From: Acaryochloris marina MBIC11017
GTDB lineage: Bacteria; Cyanobacteriota; Cyanobacteriia; Thermosynechococcales; Thermosynechococcaceae
Length of the DNA: 32,000 bases
Reading direction: 5' to 3'
Assembly (NCBI RefSeq): GCF_000018105.1
Contig: NC_009925.1
Coordinates: 2,970,001-3,002,000, forward strand
Both the position numbers and the translations under genes were made by a program. Below, in pieces: positions 26,587-32,000 of the stretch (position 1 is the stretch's first letter; each line of letters starts with the position of its first letter). The notes under the pieces were generated by a model. The model saw nothing but the letters and a program-made list of their open reading frames with translations. It ran no database searches and had not been told where the DNA came from.

Positions 26587-27249
26587 TTACTGAGGGACCT
26601 GTGGGGGCGGTAGGGGAATTGAGGGGCCAGGATCAATAGACGGGGTGGGAGGCACGGCGGGAGCTGCGGGCTGATCCGGTTTAGTTGGGGCCTGCCATTC
26701 CGTTAAGGGTCGGTCGATAGCACTCACAAAAGACGTCGGAACAAGAACCACTTGCAGATTTTGACCAGAATCGAGGTCAGGATCGACCTGAGCATAGATA
26801 AAACTTTCCGTTGGATCTTGGCCACCCAACACTAGCGTATGAGTTTGCTTATTTTTGAGAACGACCTTGACATTACCAGGAGACTTCTCAAAGCCAAATT
26901 CTTTTTGGCGCGTCGGTTCTACCGATAACGTTCTAGGGCTCTTCGTTGTCGCTAGAAGGTTGAGTAAAAAAACAATTGCCGCTTCATCAGCAGGCTTATC
27001 TTGCGGCTTCTTCATCCGCCACGTATGGGGGAAACTCTGTTTTGAACGCTCAAACACTAGCGCCAGTTGAGGTGTCCTTACCGTTAGGGTGGCCACCTGA
27101 TCTTCATTGAACTGAAATAGTTTGAGTACCTGCTCTTGCTGCTCTGTAATTTCTTCTGGGGTATCTTGAGAGCTGATCCACAGAAAGACACCCACTCCAC
27201 CGACGATAGCCGTACAGAGCAAGATCATCGTTGTAGATTTAAGCTTCAT
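26587..27249 (-). CDS. DUF4340-like accessory protein of the GldG-type ABC system, with a Pro-rich C-terminus
   Basis: Start taken at MKLKSTTMILLCTAIVGGVGVFLW (ATG 27249), which gives an N-terminal anchor and avoids a 38-nt overlap. Its position after a GldG-like gene is the usual DUF4340 context. Family assignment is unverified. Confidence 0.6.
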   Translation of the reverse strand: MKLKSTTMILLCTAIVGGVGVFLWISSQDTPEEITEQQEQVLKLFQFNEDQVATLTVRTPQLALVFERSKQSFPHTWRMKKPQDKPADEAAIVFLLNLLATTKSPRTLSVEPTRQKEFGFEKSPGNVKVVLKNKQTHTLVLGGQDPTESFIYAQVDPDLDSGQNLQVVLVPTSFVSAIDRPLTEWQAPTKPDQPAAPAVPPTPSIDPGPSIPLPPPQVPQ

Positions 27250-27292
27250 CCCTTTATTTACAGTCAAAATTAGTTCGTTTTCCTCTTCTTTT

Positions 27293-29089
27293 TTATCGTC
27301 GTTGCCACCATAGAGCAGCTGCCGTTGCAAACGCAGTTAACGGCAATAGCACAATCCCAAACACGCTCAGCAGCATATTCATTTGGTCGGAAATGGCTAG
27401 GGTTCTTTGAATCACTCGCTTAGGGCGAATAGACAGGGTCGGATCATCGCCATCCATAATCAGCCAAGACACTGAATTGACGAAAATATCGCGATTCACC
27501 GTCTGCTCAAAGTAGGGGTCATCTTTGGCAAAATCAGAGTCGCCAATAATCACCACCCGAGCAGCCTCCCCTTTAATTTCAGGTTGGAGAGATTCCGCCG
27601 TCGGGGGGGATACCGATTCCGTGGATAGGGGAGGCGTAGGAGCCAAGGAAGGGCTAGGAGCCGCCTCCGTATTAGGCGTTGCGCTAGAACTAGGCGCTGA
27701 CTCAGTCGCTGGAGAGGCTGTCGGGGTTGGTGATGAACTAGAAGGGGACGGAGAAGCGGAGTGTTGCGGCGCAGGTTTCGTTTTGGCAGGGGGAGCAGAG
27801 ATAGAGCGTTTAATCGCAACCCCAATGGTTAATGGACCTTTGCGATCGCGTCCTTGGTCCAGCTGAATTTGCTGGCCCGTCAGATCCGTCTCCGCCCATG
27901 ACGCTTCACTTGTTTGTAAGAGAGGCGTCACTAGTTGACCGGGCTGTTCTTGCACATCCACGGCTTGGGCAAAGGGAAAGAAAGACAACTTTTGACTAAA
28001 GCTCTCCGTAATGGGATGTTCACCATAGGTCAAGGCAGCGGGCCAAGCCAAGCGGGCATGTTTGGGATCAACAATTAGCCGACCATCTAATGTGGCACCC
28101 ATGACTTCGAGAATAGGCTTTAAGCCGACATCCACCTCGGGATCCAGCATCAAGAATAAATTGCCACCCTCTTTGAGAAAATCCCGAATTAAGGTCACTT
28201 CGGCTTCTAGCAACGGTAACTTCGGCCCCGCAATCACCAACACATCTGCATCATCAGGAATTTGTTGCTGGAGGGATAGATTTAGGGGTTCAACGGTAAT
28301 TCCTTCCATCTTCAGTTGATTGATTGCACCTGCCAAGCTCTCTGTAAACCCCGATAAAGGCACTTCATTATGCCCCTGAATCACGTAAGCTGTAGCTTTT
28401 CGTTCATTCGTTAACAATGCGATCGCAGGGGTTAACGTGACCTCTGACAGTCCCGAAGACAGCAACTTCATACGCTGGTCATACACCAAGCTAATATCAC
28501 CCAAATTTCGAATATTATGCTTGCGGGCTAAGCCGGGTTCCGCCTGGGGATCGATAAACCGGAATTTGAATTTATCGGGCTGCTGTCGTTGGTATTCCTT
28601 CAGCAGTAACTGATTCTGCAACACAATCTGGCTTTGAGAATCAGAAGCAGACGGATCATTACCGATAAAGACCAACACTTCCACAGGTTTAGGGAGTGCG
28701 GACAACACATTCAGGGTTTGGGGCGCGAGGGAGTAGGTTTTCTGTTCTGTAAAATCTGCGCGATAGGGATAACGCACAACGATAAAGTTCACCAAGCCCA
28801 AAATCACCAACACCGCCAGGGTTGCCACCAAGGCATTGGTACCGGATTGGGTGGATCGCCACTGCCACCATTGATTGGAGGGCGATAGTCTTTGCCATCG
28901 CCACATTAAAGAGATGCCCAACAGCACCACCCCACTCAACATCACCCCCAGGGGTAGCGAAAACCACTGACCAGAAACAAACCCAGCAGAGAAGCCTGCA
29001 ACCATTAAGGCCACACTAAACCAGCTCAGCAAATTGATGACTTTAGAGCCCACCCTTGTCACGTCTGCACTTCCATTCTGAAACTTCAA
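27293..29089 (-). CDS. GldG-like ABC-type transport auxiliary protein (two TM anchors, large exported domain) with a Pro/Ser/Thr-rich insertion
   Basis: N-terminal TMs and a C-terminal TM (LLSVFGIVLLPLTAFATAAALWW). The internal YVIQGHNE and VLVIAGPK patterns are typical of GldG/ABC_transp_aux proteins. The start is uncertain: TTG 29089 or a downstream GTG. Confidence 0.7.
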   Translation of the reverse strand: MKFQNGSADVTRVGSKVINLLSWFSVALMVAGFSAGFVSGQWFSLPLGVMLSGVVLLGISLMWRWQRLSPSNQWWQWRSTQSGTNALVATLAVLVILGLVNFIVVRYPYRADFTEQKTYSLAPQTLNVLSALPKPVEVLVFIGNDPSASDSQSQIVLQNQLLLKEYQRQQPDKFKFRFIDPQAEPGLARKHNIRNLGDISLVYDQRMKLLSSGLSEVTLTPAIALLTNERKATAYVIQGHNEVPLSGFTESLAGAINQLKMEGITVEPLNLSLQQQIPDDADVLVIAGPKLPLLEAEVTLIRDFLKEGGNLFLMLDPEVDVGLKPILEVMGATLDGRLIVDPKHARLAWPAALTYGEHPITESFSQKLSFFPFAQAVDVQEQPGQLVTPLLQTSEASWAETDLTGQQIQLDQGRDRKGPLTIGVAIKRSISAPPAKTKPAPQHSASPSPSSSSPTPTASPATESAPSSSATPNTEAAPSPSLAPTPPLSTESVSPPTAESLQPEIKGEAARVVIIGDSDFAKDDPYFEQTVNRDIFVNSVSWLIMDGDDPTLSIRPKRVIQRTLAISDQMNMLLSVFGIVLLPLTAFATAAALWWQRR

Positions 29090-29106
29090 CCCCCATGTAT
29101 CGCACC

Positions 29107-29877
29107 CTAGCGTCGCTGGAACCGTAATAAATCAATGGACTGGGCCGTGAGAAATAAACCCAAGACAATGTAACTCACAAACAAGATCACACTGCTCATA
29201 TCTAAAACGCCTTGGGTTAAGGTAACGTAGTGTTTCACCAGCGACAGCTGATCAAAAATAGCCACCCAAGGCTCTCCCCAGCGTTCTCCCAGCAAAAACA
29301 GCAGCGATAAGATCAAAATCAAAGCATAGGTGAGGATAATGGCCAAAATGGAGCTATCGGCCAGGGATGAAATAAACAGTCCCAGGGATAAAATGGCCGC
29401 CGCCAACAAAAAGAGCCCCAGATGACCCACGATAAAAACTCCGGCGGTAATCGGTGGATCCGCATGACTCAAGAACAAAATCTCGAGGACACCCACTGGC
29501 ACCATCAAGGTCACAAATAGGGTCCACACCGCTAGGAGTTTTCCCAACGCTACGGCCCAATTGGTAATCGGGGAGGTAGCCAGCAATTCTAACGTTCGAT
29601 GGCGGCGTTCTTCGGCATAGAGCCCCATGGATAAGCTGGGCATGATAAACATCACCAACCACCACATACCGGATAAAAAGGATTTCAGGCTTTCTTGGGG
29701 CACATCTACCACCTGGCCAGCGGTTTTTTGGGCCGTCCAGAGCTGAACTTCACTCACAAATAAACTACAGGCCAAGAGCCAAAAGACACCAGCAATCACA
29801 TAGGCCAACGAAGATTTAAAGTAACCCTGTAGTTCTTTGCGAAAGATGGCCACGATATTGTTAAAAATCAAAATCAT
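29107..29877 (-). CDS. ABC-2 type transporter permease (GldF-like)
   Basis: 256 aa, about 6 TM. ATGA overlap with the upstream ATPase gene (29874-29877). Confidence 0.8.
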   Translation of the reverse strand: MILIFNNIVAIFRKELQGYFKSSLAYVIAGVFWLLACSLFVSEVQLWTAQKTAGQVVDVPQESLKSFLSGMWWLVMFIMPSLSMGLYAEERRHRTLELLATSPITNWAVALGKLLAVWTLFVTLMVPVGVLEILFLSHADPPITAGVFIVGHLGLFLLAAAILSLGLFISSLADSSILAIILTYALILILSLLFLLGERWGEPWVAIFDQLSLVKHYVTLTQGVLDMSSVILFVSYIVLGLFLTAQSIDLLRFQRR

Positions 29878-30929
29878 GACAGGTCCTCGGCATTGGGTGG
29901 ATCGGCTTCTTCCGAAGATGAAGTGGGATGTCTGATAGCGTCAGAAACAGGCAGTTCAGCTGGGTCGATCTCTGACTCCGCAGACGTATCCACCTCTTCT
30001 TTCGTAGTTAACTCTAAATAAATTTCTTCCAAACTCGTTCCTAACCGCCGCATCTCATACATGGCCACTCCGGCATGCACTAGAGTATGGGTCAGTTGTG
30101 GTCCCACTTGAGGATCAGGATTACAAGTGACTCGAACTTTACGACGTTCAGAGGGCTGTTCTGACAACCATTGCCAAGTCAGGACACCTTCTAGGGACTG
30201 TAAGGATTGTTCAACGCTATCGAGTTCCCCCTGCACATCCAGCTCATAGATCAGCTGCTCTGTTTGCTGGGCTTTTAGATCGGCCAGGGTATTGGTAGCC
30301 ACCACTTTGCCGTTGTTGATAATAGCTACTCGCTGGCAGGTCATATTCACTTCTGGCAGAATATGAGTCGATAAAATAACGGTTTTATCAGCGGCCAAGG
30401 ATTTAATCAAATTGCGCACATCAATAATTTGGCGAGGATCCAGGCCAATGGTAGGCTCATCCAAAATGATCGCTGGGGGATTATGGACAATCGCTTGGGC
30501 AATCCCGACCCGCTGTCGAAAGCCTTTGGAGAGTTTATGAATGAGCGTTTTTTGCACATCCTGCAAATTGCACTGCTCCATGGCCCATTGCACTCGCTGG
30601 GGGCGATCGCCTGCGGACAATCCTTTCAAACGTCCCACAAAATGTAGATAGCCCTCTACCGTCATATTGGGATAAAGGGGTGGCACTTCTGGCAAGTAGC
30701 CAATCCGCTGGCGGACAGCCATAGGATCCACATGCACTTCAAACCCTGCAACGGCAGCAGTGCCTTTAGTTGCGGGTAAATAACCGGCCAGAATACGCAT
30801 GGTGGTGGTTTTACCTGCACCATTAGGTCCCAGCAGCCCTAGAATCTCTCCAGGCTGGGCCGCGAAGCTGACATCTTGCAGGGCTGTGGTTGAGCCGTAC
30901 ACTTTACTGAGGTGTTCAACCTCAATCAT
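29874..30929 (-). CDS. ABC transporter ATP-binding protein (GldA-like) with an acidic C-terminal tail
   Basis: Walker A GPNGAGKTT, signature LSKGFRQRV, Walker B ILDEPTIGLD. Confidence 0.92.
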   Translation of the reverse strand: MIEVEHLSKVYGSTTALQDVSFAAQPGEILGLLGPNGAGKTTTMRILAGYLPATKGTAAVAGFEVHVDPMAVRQRIGYLPEVPPLYPNMTVEGYLHFVGRLKGLSAGDRPQRVQWAMEQCNLQDVQKTLIHKLSKGFRQRVGIAQAIVHNPPAIILDEPTIGLDPRQIIDVRNLIKSLAADKTVILSTHILPEVNMTCQRVAIINNGKVVATNTLADLKAQQTEQLIYELDVQGELDSVEQSLQSLEGVLTWQWLSEQPSERRKVRVTCNPDPQVGPQLTHTLVHAGVAMYEMRRLGTSLEEIYLELTTKEEVDTSAESEIDPAELPVSDAIRHPTSSSEEADPPNAEDLS

Positions 30930-31047
30930 GGCGTTTTTGCACTGAGTTACGATAATCGAAATTCCCCCACAAACCTAGCTTATCGCCCGTTTGCATTCCC
31001 TGACACTCCTCAGTGTGACCCAGTCAATATTCTTTCGTTCCCAGATT

Positions 31048-31866
31048 ATGCAAAATATCCATCAGCCCATCTGGCAACTCTCCCAAGGTCATCTCAATCT
31101 GTTGGAATCTTGCCCTCGCAAATTTCAACATCGTTACTTGGACCGTCTTGACACATCCGTGGGGATCGATGCCCATCCCCATCAACAGCTCGGCTCTCAA
31201 TTTCACCAGCTGATGCAGCAGCAGTCTTTGGGCCTCCCCATCACTCCCTTACTAGAAACAGATGATCGATTACAAGCGTGGTTCGAGGCCTTTCTGCAGC
31301 ACCCACCCCAGATGATCGAAGGAGAACAGGAGAGTGAACACCAGCGCTTGTACTGGCAAGATGGATTTGTGCTGGTGGCCATCTACGATCTCTTGATTCA
31401 AAATTCTCACCAGGCCCAGATTGTGGATTGGAAAACCTATCCGCTCCCCAAACAGGCCGATCGCCTACGCACCCATTGGCAAACTCAGCTCTACCTATAC
31501 GTGTTAGCCGAAACCAGTGAGTATCCGCCTGACCAACTTTCTATGACCTACTGGTTTGCTGAAGCCTCGGCCCAATCCGGTGGCAAGGCCAGTTTTCTCA
31601 CCTTCCCCTACTCCAAAGCCCAGCATCAAAAAAACCAGCAATCTTTGGCTGATCTACTCGCTAAATTACGGCAGGAATTGACGGATTACGAAACGGGGGA
31701 AGCAATGCCACAAGTAGCCTTAAACGATGGCAAATGCGTTTCTCCTAACCATCAATGTGAATTTGCAGAGCGATGCCAAAGACGCCTGGAAGAAGAGGCT
31801 GCGATCGCATTGCAGGATGCATTAACCGATCTTGAAGCGATGCCAGAGATTCCGTTATCAGACTAA
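31048..31866 (+). CDS. PD-(D/E)XK (RecB/Cas4-like) nuclease family protein with a putative 4-Cys cluster
   Basis: IYDLL ... IVDWKTY (D...D-x-K) followed by QTQLYLYVL (the QxxxY RecB motif). One N-terminal Cys (LLESCPRKF) plus C-terminal CVSPNHQCEFAERC. I prefer the ATG 31048 start. Confidence 0.7.
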   Translation: MQNIHQPIWQLSQGHLNLLESCPRKFQHRYLDRLDTSVGIDAHPHQQLGSQFHQLMQQQSLGLPITPLLETDDRLQAWFEAFLQHPPQMIEGEQESEHQRLYWQDGFVLVAIYDLLIQNSHQAQIVDWKTYPLPKQADRLRTHWQTQLYLYVLAETSEYPPDQLSMTYWFAEASAQSGGKASFLTFPYSKAQHQKNQQSLADLLAKLRQELTDYETGEAMPQVALNDGKCVSPNHQCEFAERCQRRLEEEAAIALQDALTDLEAMPEIPLSD

Positions 31867-31899
31867 AGTTCTAACGTTTTTGAATGAGATGCCATTGGG

Positions 31900-31998
31900 T
31901 TAAACCAGCGTCGTTTGCAGCAATTCCTGGATTTGGGGCAGATAGTAAGCACAGAGCCCGCCCGTGAGTACACCAAATAAATGGCCTTGCCAAGAGAC
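31900..31998 (-). CDS. Possible rhomboid-family intramembrane protease, C-terminal 32 codons (gene continues beyond the window)
   Basis: The minus-strand frame open to the right edge reads VSWQGHLFGVLTGGLCAYYLPQIQELLQTTLV*. The WQGHLFGVLTGG segment resembles the catalytic-His helix (HLGG..G) of rhomboids. Very short, so weak evidence. Confidence 0.4.
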   Translation of the reverse strand, partial: VSWQGHLFGVLTGGLCAYYLPQIQELLQTTLV

Positions 31999-32000
31999 TC

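Noticed and set aside
27525-27866. Gly/Ala-rich 113-aa plus-strand ORF, and a 91-aa alternative minus-frame ORF (27550-27825)
   Set aside because: Both lie inside the Pro/Ser/Thr-rich insertion of the GldG-like gene. Low-complexity coding DNA stays open in several frames, and the long GldG frame is continuous through the region.

Overview
A cyanobacterial chromosomal segment. At least 15 perfect copies of the HIP1 palindrome GCGATCGC support this, as does the gene content: petH, arogenate dehydrogenase, a membrane-anchored Mn-SOD, a VKOR-Trx protein, and a DUF3038/DUF4335-like pair. Most of the window is housekeeping or conserved genes. These include rpmF (59 aa, not in the ORF track), PrxQ, petH, tyrA, apt, miaE, a GNAT, a sugar ABC importer, sodA, a GldA/F/G-type ABC-2 exporter cluster and a Cas4-like nuclease. 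No tRNA, rRNA or CRISPR array was recognised. The clearest accessory patch is 11.4-15.6 kb. It holds an orphan HicB antitoxin, a truncated Uma2 endonuclease, and a translationally coupled gene pair: a P-loop (STAND/ORC-like) NTPase and a TPR protein. The NTPase is split by a 952-bp IS5-superfamily insertion sequence. The IS boundaries, inverted repeats and target duplication can be read directly, and removing the IS restores the reading frame. I consider this NTPase+TPR pair the best candidate for an uncharacterised conflict or defence-type system. Other notable items: an orphan Opp/Dpp-type ABC permease with a complete 7-blade WD40 propeller in its periplasmic loop; a Ser/Thr kinase-FGE-sulfatase fusion whose C-terminus resembles a DGR variable region; a frameshifted GGDEF gene; an NTF2-like gene with an in-frame TAG; and a short petH with no CpcD domain. 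All family assignments come from motif recognition by eye and need database confirmation.
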